A stretch of DNA of 62,749 bases, filler included, from Bipalium vagum (GCA_037834085.1; 3 parts of 3 records of this genome joined end to end with filler, not necessarily neighbours in it), one strand, 5' to 3'; shown: positions 1-13,066, counted from the whole stretch's first letter. The notes: a model not told the origin generated them from the letters alone. Translations and numbers: made by a program.

Positions 1-122
1 ATCAAGATAGCCATTATTCTTAAAAAATTTTTCTCTATTTATTTCCGTCTTTGGGTAAACATGGAATATTAACCAAATTTAATAATAAATTTAAATATTT
101 AAATCCACACAATAAGTCTTAC

Positions 123-689
123 TTAAATATTAAATTATATATATATTTTTTCAGTAATTCTAATGTATAATAAAATTAAATCCATACTTGGGAATATACG
201 TGAAATTGTTATCAATTTCTTATCAATGAAATCAGAAACAACAGAAACCACTTCACCTGGACCTTAAAGCTTTTTTCGAAAGACTTAAGCCTTGAGGAAG
301 TATCACTTTAAATATCATACCAGATAATGCATTTATTTCTAACGATATTATAATAATAATGCAAATCTGACATGATTAATGTAAATGATAAAATAAATTA
401 ATACATTACCATGATTAAAGCATCCATTTCTTGGCCAGATTAATGCATTTACATTTTTTTAATGAAAGTGCACATCTGACCAAAAATCCAGACGCTTTAC
501 AATGTCAAGCAATGAATACAAATGAAAAATACTTACCGAACAATGTAATTTCAACGAAAATAACGAATTTGAAATAATTTTCTATTAACTAAACCAGATT
601 GTGCCGGATGGGCTTTTATAAATATATAGCATAAAGTACTGTAACCATGCACAAAATGAACAAACAATAGTGAAAACAATTCTGCGCAT
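123..689 (-). CDS. Possible short-exon gene of unknown product (model uncertain)
   Basis: Several GT/AG-bounded short open segments on the minus strand: GPGEVVSVVSDFIDKKLITISRIFP (~188-261), LIENYFKFVIFVEITLF (~537-588), and a hydrophobic MRRIVFTIVCSFCAW start at 689. I could not join all phases consistently. Confidence 0.2.
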
Positions 690-2352
690 TACTGATCATA
701 TTTGTATGAAATAAGGTCCTCTCACTCAGTCAATTGTTAGAATTTTGCAACTTGACATAGATAACACACAATTGTGCACATCAAAATTATAGAGTTACCA
801 ATATTTATAAATGTACTGCTTACAAGTGCAATCAAACACGATACCTGAGCATGCCGGACTTAACCAGCAGAGACCATATTCTACCAAGCGAATGGAATTG
901 GATTTATAGATAAAATGTGCCTGTTGCTATGCGAAATAATGTTCAATTGGCAATACACAATACACTTATTCAATGGGTGCATTGGTCTGATAGCATTGAA
1001 CACTTTGATGTTGTATGTGTGCATTGTGTTGTGTCCTTGGTTTGTGTGCACACGCCAGTAGCGAAGTGTGTCGATTGTGTATGTATGACTGTACATAAAA
1101 CAGCTGTGAACACGTCATAACGCTGGAACTCTGTTATTGACTATTTTGGCTTGTATTTTGATTCTGCCTATTTAGTATTTAAACCACAACAAATTAAGAA
1201 ATGTTTGTCTACACATTAATATAACTAATCTTTTATTGATTAATACTATGCAGATTTTTCCGTTCTTTCCTTATTTGTGTTTTAAATTCTTTAGTTTGCA
1301 GTTTTTCAGGAAATAGCCAAAAAGTCATTTCTAGTCGTAAATGTAAACAGAGCGAAAAAGGGACTTACTTTTTGACAATTATTCCTTTTAGACAAGTACA
1401 GATGTTGTAATGGAAGAAAGCAATTATAAATAATAAATTTAAAATCTATACGATTTCAAATTACCGATATCGATCTGTGATATTTATTAAAGTTTTGTTT
1501 TGTTTTGAGGTCTATTTTGCCATTTCTTAAGCAGTGGGTTGGGTTAATAATGGTTTCCTGATCTCATGTTTTGACCTCAGTTAATAAAATAGCTTTCTTT
1601 TATAAGAACTCTAGGGTTGTTGCTTTGTACGTCGTCATGTGGAACTGTTCCTCCCCTCAATGTACTTTGATTTTAATCATTTTCATTAAAATTTTTAATT
1701 AATTAAATTACATTAATTGATTATATAAATTAGAACAGAATGAAATATATCGTTGTATATTAATTGTATATAAATTATATTTTATTGCTGTGGTTTTTGT
1801 TTTATCATACACAAAACTGAAATACGTGTAACAAAAATATTTTAAAATATTTATTTTTAATAATTTCTTGAAAAATAAAATAATTTAAAAATATACATTA
1901 AGATTTTTATAAATTTATAATGTTAAGGTTATTGAACTTTGGGTCTCATAAAATACCAAAAATTTTATTACATTTTCTAAATAAATTTATTAAGGATTTA
2001 TTGTACGGTATTTTGAAAAATTTTATTTATTTATTATTAATTGAAAATACACGATAAAAAATAATTGAGTTCTCAATCAAATCATGTATAAATGATTTTA
2101 AACAAGTGCAATATTGTAGGAACTTTTAGTAGAAAACTTTATTTTATTTGGACATATTTAATAAATTAAATTGATTAAATTTATTATTTTTCTTATGGTT
2201 CTTCTAACCAGATCACAAACTTGTTGAAAACAATTGGGATTCCTATAAAAAAAATCTCTGTTTGAGCTACAATTATTTTCGCACTTCAATTCTTTTTTAA
2301 ATAAAGAACTTTTTTCTTTTACAATTTAACATTTTTAGGACCTTTAATTAAT

Positions 2353-2424
2353 CGGAGATACCGGGATTTGAACTCGGGACTTTCACATACACATGTACTG
2401 CTCTGACCGCTGAGCTACATCTCC
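2353..2424 (-). pseudogene. tRNA-Ala-derived core of the 3' LTR (not a functional tRNA)
   Basis: 72 nt: GGAGATG TAGCTCAGCGGTCAGAGC ... CCGAGTTCAAATCCCGG TATCTCC G. Acceptor stem, D arm, A box and B box are recognisable; the anticodon stem does not pair. Confidence 0.75.
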
Positions 2425-2449
2425 CGACTAATTTTCAATTTATCTCACA

Positions 2450-2462
2450 TACCCCCTCATTT
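2450..2462 (-). promoter_or_regulatory. Polypurine tract (PPT) of the TRIM
   Basis: AAATGAGGGGGTA immediately upstream of the TG of the 3' LTR. Confidence 0.7.
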
Positions 2463-2551
2463 AAATCTCACATCCATACCCTTAACCGCACCGAGTCTCT
2501 TTACTTTCATTTCCATTCCATTCCTTTACATTTTTACTTTCGCTGGTTGGT

Positions 2552-2569
2552 GTCCTGGTGTGGTCGCCA
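2552..2569 (-). promoter_or_regulatory. Primer-binding site (PBS), probably tRNA-Arg
   Basis: TGGCGACCACACCAGGAC directly after the LTR-terminal CA. Its complement ...GTGGTCG-CCA resembles the 3' end of metazoan tRNA-Arg(TCG); the isoacceptor is an inference. Confidence 0.75.
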
Positions 2570-2602
2570 TGTTAATTGAAAATTAATCGGAGATATTGGG
2601 AT

Positions 2603-3036
2603 ACCAACGTACAATATTTTATTTAAAAAACAAGTTTTTTCTTTCACGAACTTAATCGTTTTCACATAAATGTGAGCATATTATGGCTTTGCTTCATCTT
2701 CATTTTGGAGCAGGTCATTATCGCAGTCGTCGAGATTTTCAGCAGCATCATCAGACAGGCATTGATTTTGGTCGTCATTGAGGTTTTGATCTTTAATTTC
2801 ATGGAGCTCGGAGAAATTTACTGATTGTTTTCTAACATCTCTGTGAAATTTCCAATGCGCAGCACTCCATTTGATATTAGACGCCACGCAGAACTTTCAG
2901 ATTTTGGTTATTTGACATTTAGGAAATTGGAGACTTCTCAGAATTTTCTCATTTCACTTTTACCATGATCCAATGCAGCTGACTGCGAATGTATCTAGCA
3001 GAACAGTCCAATCTGTCAGGGCTTTTTGGTCTGGAC
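2603..3036 (-). mobile_element. 3'-terminal fragment of a NeSL/Utopia-like RLE non-LTR retrotransposon, inserted in the LTR tRNA core
   Basis: One frame reads ...DWTVLLDTFAVSCIGSW*K*NEKILRSLQFPKCQITKI*KFCVASNIKWSAAHWKFH..., matching the post-endonuclease C-terminal pattern of NeSL-clade proteins (GSW-x3-NE-x-L ... VS-x2-I-x-WS). Stop at 2681, then a short 3' UTR with AATAAA, then an abrupt return to tRNA sequence at 2602. Confidence 0.75.
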
Positions 3037-3959
3037 TGCACATGGACTGCTCTGACCGCTGAGCTACATCTCCCGACTAATTTTCAATTTATCTCACAAA
3101 TATATTAACATGATAATGTTATTATGTGTCATATCCTAAATGGGGAAAAAATAAAGAATAAAAGAAAGAATCTGGTTATCGGTAGTCATCTTTGTTATAT
3201 AATAATGAAAATAAATACTTTTTTTCCCAAATACAATTTTAAAAAGAATGAATAAAAACAGATATACTTTTTAATCTAACAAGTCCAATATTATCTTTAT
3301 TTTTTAATAATATTAAACTACAAATAAAATTTATTCAAAATATTTTTTCATTGTAATCTTTAGACTAATAATTAATTAACAAAATCAAATTTCGATATTC
3401 GACCTATAATTCTTATTTGATGTTTTTTGTTTTAATGTTCATTTTCAAACAAATCTTATTATTAACCTTGTTATTTTTATTTCATCACTGCTAAGGGGTT
3501 CAAAAGAATATTCCGTCTATATAATCACTCTGAACATTGAAACGAACTTCAATTTTAAATTAAAGGGGGTTTTTAATTTAAAGGGCTTTAAATCACTCAT
3601 TATTTAAATTTATAAATGAATAAATATTAGTTACAGCTTGGTTTTATTATGATTAATATGTAAATATAAAAGGTTGGTTTATTATTATCTTAGAAAGTTA
3701 CTTTTACCGACAGTTTCAAGGTTTTTGTATTGATAAATAAAGAATCTTAAATTTAGTTACAAGACCTATTTTTATTCAATTAAACTTGCACATTATAACA
3801 AAAGTTCCACAAACTTTTTTCTAAAAATTAATGAAAACTTTTGAGGAAATGATAAAAATGTATGCAATATTGTAAAAATAAATATTTATTGAGAAATTAG
3901 AGATTTTGATCATTAGTATAGTTTTCTGAATAATATTTTAAAACTTTTGATCAATTATA

Positions 3960-5208
3960 TTGGGTAATCCGTAAAGTTTTTTTCGCTTTTTATCCATTAG
4001 AATATTATTGTTTGTTGTTTAAATAATAAGAGCACCATTTGATTTCTGTGGGAACATTTTGAAAGAATATAAGTAAGGCTCTAAATTAATGAAATTTAAA
4101 TAAATAATTTTTCTTAAATATTGATTATTTATCTAGATAAATATGTACATAACAAAGGAGCATTTGAGATGGATAATGTACTACTTCTTTCGGATGGGAG
4201 AAAAGACAACTGTTGCAGCTCATTCTATATGTAATATTTATAAGGAAGGTGTAATATCTGAACGAGTAGTGCAGTATTGGTTCCAGAAATCTCGTTATGG
4301 TGAAACATCGATAAAGGACGCTAACCGGTCAGGTAGACCCACTGTCATTGACGATGACGTTTTGAAGGAGCTGGTAATATCAAACCCTGGAATGACATGT
4401 CAGGAAATTGCTAAAAAACTTTCAATCTCCAAAACAATTGCAAATGACCAGCAGAGGAAAGGCTTTGTGAACAAACTGAATTTTTGGATTCCGCATACAC
4501 TCTCAGAAAGTGATTTGATTTACCACATCAACATCTGCGAATCATTGATAAAAAAGTATGGCTAAAATGGCTAAAAATGAGGTTCAGCCATTTTTGAAAC
4601 AGATGATGAAAGTTGGAACCTTTTATCGAAATGTTACGAGAAAAAGATCCTGGCTAAAAAGGAGTGATCTTCCACTACCGACACTAAAGACGCGATTACT
4701 ACTCAAAAAGGCAATGGTTTCATTATGATGAGATTGAAAGGTCCTTCTATTATGAGCCAATTCCGACCAATGAAATAATAGATTCAGAGATTTACTGTAA
4801 GTAATTGCAAAATTTACAGACTGCTATTGTAGAAAAACGATTTTATTTGGCGATTAGAAAAGGTGTTGTATTCTACCGGGACAATGTCAGACCCAACGCA
4901 TCAATAATCATTAGAACGAAGCTGAACGAGTCTGGCTGGGATGTTTTGCAGAATTCCGCAAACTCACCAGACCTTTTACCAATTGACTTCCATTTCTTTA
5001 AATATTGGAACCACTTCTTAAGAGATAGATATTTCAGGAGATACTAAAAATAATTCCAGAACTCCGGAATTTTACATTATTGATATAAAATAAAATTGGA
5101 CGAAATGTATCCAATCGAATGGTTTGTATTTTGATTAATAAAGTTTCGTTTTATTAAAAACATTTACATTAAAAGTTTAAATCCGGCATTTACTTTTAAG
5201 CAACCTAA
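3960..5208 (+). mobile_element. Degenerate mariner transposon
   Basis: TA-flanked imperfect TIRs (TTGGGTAATCC.../...AAGCAACCTAA). Transposase fragments 4143-4565 (RSGRP, WIPHTL) and 4805-5047 (DNVRP, SPDLLPIDF) with stops and frameshifts. Confidence 0.9.
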
Positions 5209-5872
5209 TACATTTTTGTTATTGTATGATAAGAAACAATTTCGTAATTATAATTATTAATATATAAAAAAAGTTCATAATATACGTAAATTGTCCTACA
5301 CAAGTTAACATTTATAAGGTTAACATTGGGTTGGGAAATCTTTCAGATTATTCAAACAAGTAAAAGAACTTCAAAGACATTCTTCATGGATAAAAGATGT
5401 GTCCGATTTATAATTAATTCTTAATTAATTCTTCTTAAAAGAAAATGTAATTTCATAAAGGAGGTTAAAAATTAAGTACAGCTGAGCATCTACTTTTTAT
5501 CAGACCTATAGAATTCTTTTTGACAATTCACACTTTCGGAATCTTATAATTTTATAATTTATGATTTTTAGTTCTGGTAGATTCTGGTAGAACTGAAAAA
5601 AGTAGAAACTATAACTTTTGAAATAATAATATCGATTATTTTTAAAAAAAATTGTGAAGTAAAATAATAAAATTCAACCAATGTATAATTGAAATGCTTT
5701 TGAAATAAAATGAAAAAGAACAATTTTTCTCTCATTGAAGAAGTATTTAAAGTTTGACTGAATTATTATATGAAACCCATTTGCAATTATACATAGTTCA
5801 CAGAATTGCATCAATTAAGAATAAACTCCCTCATTATAAAAATATAAATATTTTTGTCAGTTAACCATTTAC

Positions 5873-7583
5873 CTCAGCGACATCGGGTTCTGCTCCTGCA
5901 AAAATAGAGAATAAATTAATAAATAAATAAATGTGCATTTAAATTAAATCTTTAACTAAAAAAATTAAAAAAAACAATATTTTGGCTATATGCTAAATTA
6001 TGACAATTGAAGATAAAACCAAACTATGACTTTTCTGTAACCACCATATTATATATTGACCTACTTATATTAAATCAGTTATCCACTTTCCTGATTTAAT
6101 ACCTTTGATTCGTCGATATGATGATCATTTTTATCATTTATTCCTGAGACTTTATTAAGATCACTTAAATTATCTACATCGTCAGGTACATCTTTGACAC
6201 TGCTGACATCGTCATTTGAATCTTTCAAAGTTTCTTCATGTTCATCTTTTAAGGTTTCCTTTTCTTCTGTATTGTCATGAACTTTTTCAGTTTGGACAAT
6301 ATCAGAACTATGCTCTTCTTTTTGTTCCACAGATAATTCAGAAAAATCGTTATCATTATCATTTGCTGGTTTATTGTCGTCAGAAGATGTGATTTCACCG
6401 AATACGGAATCATGAGGATTTTTCTGGTTCATTAAATCCTCATTGTCAATTAAAGGGGATTTCTGATCAGATTTGTCATCTAAATTTTCATTTTCGTCTA
6501 TATTTTCGTTGAATGTTTCAGTGGAAAAATTTTCAGAATGCATGTTACCATTATCTTCCATTGGTAATTCAGAATAATTCTCCACGGGATTGTGGTCTTC
6601 AGCATCAATAACTTCACTATTTAATACTTCTAAAATGTTTTGGTTTGGAAATTCATCACTTTGAATCGGAATTGATTCATTATTTAATATTCCCATTTCA
6701 TTATCAGTAATACCACTCTCACTTGTATATTTGTTTTCTTGATCTTCGGTTTCGATCTCATTCAATATATTTTCTATTTGTAAAACATTATTCATAGTAT
6801 CTACCAGTTGATCATCATCTTTCACGTCTTCCGTGCTCATTTCGGACTTTTCACGTAATTCCTCACCAGATTCTTTTATATCGACATCCTTATCTTCACT
6901 TTCTACTAAATCTGGTACTTGACTATTCACTAGACTTGCATCTTTCCTATCTACTGATTCTTTATTTTCATTTTCTCCATCACTTTTAACACCATGGATA
7001 TCCTCATTATCTAAAATACCTTCTTCACAATTCTCATATTTTTGCACATCGTTTTCCCCGGTTTTATTTACTTGAGACATTTCATCATTCATTTCGAGCG
7101 ATTTCAGGTTAATCTCATCAGAAATATTTTCCAACTGATTAGAATTATTATCTACATTTTCTTTTTCAAAATTTCTAAAATCAGCACTAGATTCACTTAT
7201 CTCGCCTTCCATAACCTTTTCCGAGCTGTCCTGAACATCTATTTCCTTTACATCTTCGTTTTCACATTGATTGAGGTCTTCACTATTTATATTTCTATTA
7301 ATTACTCCATTGACCGTTTCAAAATCGTTTTCTAATTTGGATGCTGTATTTTCGTTGCTTTTAACTATAGAATCATAGCCAGAATGTTGTTCTACACTAC
7401 TTTCAGGTATACTTTTTGTCGTGTTCATGTTCACGTCCTCAATATCAGTTGTAGCAGGAAATTTATTAGTAGGACACTTGTCAGGCACTTTACCTTCGCT
7501 AATATTTTCATGACCATCTTTTTGGCTTGTCAGAATCAAATTGCTGTTTAAATTTGACGACGACGCTGACGTCGATGATATAT
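5873..7583 (-). CDS. Large acidic low-complexity (D/E/N/S-rich), probably disordered protein; internal exons
   Basis: 523-codon ORF 6079-7650 whose coding-like composition starts at the TTTTAG acceptor (exon from 7583). A phase-compatible 23-nt exon lies at 5895-5873 (TTGCAG|...|GTAAAT). No recognisable domain. Confidence 0.7.
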
Positions 7584-10500
7584 CTAAAATAAATTTCAAA
7601 TAATTAATAAAACTAATTATAATTATTTTATATAAAAGATAATTTATCAATATTTCATTTATTTGTTAATTTTTTTTTCAAATTAATTAATTAATTTTAA
7701 TTACAATTTATAAAATCTTCCGAAAATATTTTAAAAATAATACAATCAATAATATTTATTTTTATTAAATTTCATTATTGATATATTTACCATATTTGTA
7801 TATCTGATGTCTGTCATTGAGATTTTTAATGACATTTGTTTAACTAATCACTTTTAGGAGATCTGTAAAAATCAAATTACATTTTAAGCATACTATCGGG
7901 CCACTTCGACTTGAGGAATGGAGATTATTTTAAAAGAATTAAACTTGCAATTTGAAACATGTTTTAAGAAAAAGCTATTCTTTTGTGTTGACGGTATCTT
8001 CCAAGAGTTTATAAGAGTGTCAAAAATATTTTAAACATATTATAGTGAAAATATAACTAAAAGTTATTTAACTAAATGCAAAAGATTACAATTCATTTAA
8101 GATATATTTATGTAGCAACAATAATAAATTATTATAATAATGAATAATAATAACAATAATCATTTTTTATGGATCAAGTCATCTTGACTTTGTTTTTCCA
8201 ATTATATTCTTTTTTAACCACTTCTTTTTAACTGTTTTATTATTTAATTTTATATGAGTTGTTTTAATAACTGAATTTATGATATAAAAAACTTTTAAAG
8301 CGGATAATTATAATTTATCTTAAAATTCAGTTAAAGAATGTTATATTATAATCAAAGAGATTATCGATCCCTTGAGAAATAAATGTCATCAAAGAATATA
8401 AAAGCATATATCAAAAGACTTACAACTGAGTTTGACAAGTGATGTAGCATAAAATATATAATTATAGATCAAACGTATAAGACATTTATAAATTATTCAA
8501 AAACCGAATCTCCATAAACTAAAATGCTATATATCCCCAAAAATAGAGTATTTACTTTAAAATGAAAGGCAGGTTCGCGGTATTCAGTATCACATCAGAA
8601 AGCAATGTTAGAGAGTAAAAATTAATATTGTTTGGGGAAAACATTTTTCGTAATTTATTGAAACTTTGAAAATCAATATTATATATATATATATATAATT
8701 AACTGTTAATGTTTTATGTTAAAATATATAAGTGAAAGATTTGTGTTAATATTATCATATTGTGAAGTAATTACGAATATTTTGTAAAAGTTGGTATGTT
8801 TTTTAATTTTTTGTCAAAAATAAATTTTGTCTAAATAAAAAAACCACAAGAAATTCGATATAGATTTTCATTTAACAAAATTATTTTATGACTGCTGTGA
8901 TTTTAAACGGATCAGTTTTATGAACTCTTGCAGTAAGTTAAAACAATTAATTCTGACCTGAATGGTAACCAAGTAACAAAATTAAATCAAATGATCGAAA
9001 AACCTATATTAAAGTTAATAACAAAAAAAAACCGTTTTATTCTAGCAAGACATATCTATGAAGCACCGACACAAACTAACCAAATTTGGTTGGTAAATAA
9101 TGATAAATTAACTATAAAATCCAGATATTACGCGGTCAGATTATCATTCATTTAAATCTCTACAGAACTCTCAAAATGGAGCATCTTAGTGAAAAAATCT
9201 TCGGGTATATACAGGAATTTTGAAGAAAATTTTTTGATAAAACTCAAAGAAATTTTTTAATGAAGTAATAATGACCACTTGAAAATTTCTGAAATCGTAT
9301 AGATGTAAAAGGTGGATATGCGGTTTAAAATAAACACTTTCATATCACTTGGTCTATTCATTTTCTCTTTTTTAAAATAAGAAACAAATTTCCCCACCTA
9401 ATAGTTAATTATCATATATTATATAATATTATATATTATAATTATATATAAAACACCAGCCAAATAATAAAGAAAAAATATTATTTAAAGAAATGATTAT
9501 AAAACATAATAATTAAAAATACTACAGAAGCCAGTAGTAGAACTTAATGATAATAATATTGAGGATGAATAGAGACCACTTAAAGCAAAGTAGGCCTACT
9601 GGACTTAATATAAATGTCTAAAATAGGAAAGAAATAATTTAAGCTTTTCACTTACAAAAATTTTCATTCTCTTCATATTCTGTGGTCTATTACATAAAGT
9701 TAATAAAATTTTATTTATTAAAAAAATAAAAATTGTGAGAACAGATAATAGATCATTAAGAATTTAGGAAAATAAATAAATTATAGTATGATTATAATGT
9801 TGAGAATATTAGATTTAAAAATAGATGAGTTAGATAAAATGAAGACGAATATTTTTAGTATAATAAAGGACATCATTAAAATTATTATTTTATTGAAAAT
9901 TGAAAAAGTGATAAAACATTTAATATTTATTATTGACAGAATAAAGATAACATTTCAATGATTTTCCAAAGAATTAAGAAAAATAATCTACTCCAATTTG
10001 TATATATAAAAAGAAACGAAAAGATCTTGAATAAATCAGAAATTATTAAAAAAAAAAGCAAGGATAACCTTAATATTATACACTGGACAAGGGAACCTTT
10101 TTAATATCGAACTGGAATATCTTAACGATATTTACTGAATGATATAAGTACAATATGAAATGGAAATAATATATATATATACCTGGACAAAAAATTGTTT
10201 TCCTCAAGAATACAAAATTTCTTACCACTTCACTGGGAACATTTAAGGAAAAGAAATAATTTCATAAACTCAATATTTTCTCTACAGGATTCTTATAATA
10301 AAACACTAGGTGATGGTGTGACATTTCTTATTTCGAAAATTATTTTTTATTTTTTTACTTTTCATCTTATGTTACTTTTAAATAAAAGTAAAATGAAAAA
10401 AGTTTAAATTAGAAAAATAATGTCTTTTATAAAAACAATATTTTTATTTTGAATGTCAGAGAATGACTTTTAAAGTAAAATTTAACTTTTTGAAGAAACC

Positions 10501-11180
10501 ATGGGGATGAGGTATCTGTAAAGATAGGTGTACATTTAAAAAGGACATCAAAAAAGGTTCTACACATTTTGAGTAGAATATTGGACGAGAATTTAAAAAT
10601 GAATTCAATATTGAAATTCATCGGATAAGTTACATTTGATAATTCGTCAAGGATGACAATACTTAGTTCCATACTTATTTTAGCCAAATATATAAATGAG
10701 GATGAATATTATATATATTTATATAATAAAAAATAAAATGGCTGGTTGGCGATACGAATAACTCATAAAGTACATTTAAATTTAGTTAGTAATTTGACAA
10801 TAAAAATTAATTTTTTCGAAAAAATTTCTTTTTTCATTAGTTTGTTTTATGAAAAAATATATTAAGTGTGAAGATTTTCACTTTTGTGACAATTTACTCT
10901 GATAACAATTTGTGATTGTTCGTGATATTATTTTAATTCTGTTATTATTTTATTAAATTTAATTGAGTTTTTTTTTATGTTTAAGAAATCTTACATAATA
11001 ATCACAACTAAAATTAAAATAAGGAAAATATTAATAAAAAAATTATTAATATCTCTTTATATTAAGAAATATAATTATTACTATTAATTTCTATAAAAGA
11101 AAAAAACTGTTATTAATAAAAATTATATTAGAAACATCTACTTACAAAAGCAGATATTAAAATTTTAAGAATACAATATA

Positions 11181-13066
11181 CACTATCTGCAAAAAGTATT
11201 CGTACGATCACTTTTACATTTAGAAAAAGTTACATTTAGAAAAGGCAAAGAAACTTATGAAATAAAACAAAGTATTTATATGCAGTACTGATGTAACTGC
11301 TTGCATTTAACAAAACTGTTTATAAAATTTAATTATAAAACAAAAAAATTACATAGAATAAAATTTATACGAATATTTGTATTCTAACAGTATTGTTCAT
11401 ATAATTTTGTTTTAATAATATTTATTGACCCATATATTTCAAATGAAGATAAATGATTATTATTAACTTATTATTAATTTTGCATTACAAAAACATGTAA
11501 TCTGAATGAATTCAGATTTCTTTAAGAAATGAAAATATTATTGTTAGCAGGTATTTCAGTAAAGTCACTCATAGTTTCAAAAATTTTATTATTCCAATAA
11601 AAATAAAAATACTTAAACAAATTAAATTAATTATTTAAATAAAGTGTCTCTTATTATTTTTTTAAAAAAATATTTTAAAATTAACTAATACATTAAATTA
11701 ATGAATATTCATATCGAATTTTAAAAATGACACTTTATAAAAATTTAAAAATTCGAAAATATGTTCAAATACTCACAATTATAATGGGGCATAGGTCAAA
11801 AGAACACTCAGTTTATTTCAGAAATGCAAATCTAAAATTAAGAAATGATGGAATTAGCTTTGGTCAGATCTCTGCCACGTTGCAATGTTCAAAGTCAACT
11901 ATTCATTCCAACGTGAATAAATGTTTCCTCTTATCTCTACCTCTGAGTGGTCAGCGAAGAATAACAACTGTCAGGGAAGATCTGATTATTTAGAGATACG
12001 TCAAAATGAATCAGCGGACGCACTCTATACAATTGAATAAGACAAATAATATAATTTCCAGACGATCAACTATCAGAAACTGACTAAAAGAGATATGTTT
12101 ACACGGTCGAATGGGCAAGAAAAAACCTTTCATTTCTAAGAAAAATGTCAAAGAAAGGGTGAAGTGGGTGAGAAAACTTCTGAGTGATCACTATGGTCGG
12201 ACGAAAGCAAGTTTGATGTATTTTGGAACAATGAAAAAGTTACTGTATGGATGTATTGAGGTCATGAAATGTGTTGATCAATCACCGGACATAAACTTAT
12301 GGGCCTACTTGAAAAGAAAACTAAGGGAGAGAGATAACCGGAAAAGAAAGGTTGAAAGCATGTCTCATAAAAGAATGGCAGAAAATTCTTTCTGATTTCT
12401 GCAAAAAACTTACCCAATCAATGCATAATATATGTCAAATGGTACTTAATAGGAAAGGAATAACAATAAAATATTAAACATGTCAGATACATTTAATACT
12501 TTTTTGTTTATATGTCATAAATATAATCATACGAATAATTTATGTGGTCTTAATTTCTTGAGGTTTCCAAACCTAAGTCGATCGATTTTTGAAAATTTTT
12601 TTTATCTTTATGCTATTTGATACTTACATATGACTTTGCTTGTTCCACGTCATTTAAAATTGTTTGTGATATTTTACATTCTTCTGCGTTTAGATCCTGC
12701 AATTTCAAATTCCACACCACTCTCTTTGCTTCGTATAATTCTTCCCACAGTATTTCTATTTATGTCAAGTGCGTCAGCAATTTACTTAATTGTATGACCA
12801 TTTTGAAACATAGTCAATACTAAGTTATATATATTTTTGAGATTTCTTTTCTGTATTTTCTTGCCATAATGTAAATGAATCAATATCTATAATTTAAAAT
12901 ATTATTAATAATAAATACTATTATGTAATACTATTAATTTGCAATACCCTGTAATATGATGTAGATTTGATTACAATTATTTTTCAATTAGTAAGTGCCA
13001 TACTGCTTTATAAACCAAAATATTTTATAAATGAAGAGATTGTATGAATAATTCTTGCAGATAGTG
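11181..13066 (+). mobile_element. Degenerate Tc1-family transposon (IR/DR type), internally deleted
   Basis: TIR CACTATCTGCAAAAAGTATTCGTACGAT (TA-preceded) pairs with ATTGTATGAATAATTCTTGCAGATAGTG. Transposase remnants at 11783-12420 (HTH, KKKPFISKKN, QSPDIN, LWAYLKRKL). Confidence 0.85.
12630..12867 (-). mobile_element. Nested remnant of a second IS630/Tc1-like transposase N-terminus
   Basis: MARKYRKEIS.../LTMFQNGHTIK*IADALDINRNTVGRII: HTH-like, with a frameshift and a stop. Confidence 0.5.

Larger units (their letters stand above)
2346..3098 (-). mobile_element. TRIM (non-autonomous miniature LTR retrotransposon) with tRNA-containing LTRs; 5' LTR interrupted by a non-LTR insertion
   Basis: Minus strand order: 5' LTR TGTGAGATA... 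(3098-3037, resuming 2602-2570 and ending AATTAACA); PBS directly adjacent (2569-2552); 120-bp non-coding interior; purine tract AAATGAGGGGGTA (2462-2450); 3' LTR TGTGAGATA... (2449-~2346, end eroded). Both LTRs share the variants GGAGATG and CATGTG, which the other two copies lack. Confidence 0.85.

Noticed and set aside
881-1120. Overlapping Cys/His/Val-rich ORFs
   Set aside because: They arise from TG/CA-rich low-complexity sequence, with no domain or splice support.
12628-12755. Apparent AG/GT-bounded host exon (EILWEELYEAKR...)
   Set aside because: Another frame gives a transposase HTH continuous with upstream sequence, and it lies inside a Tc1 element.
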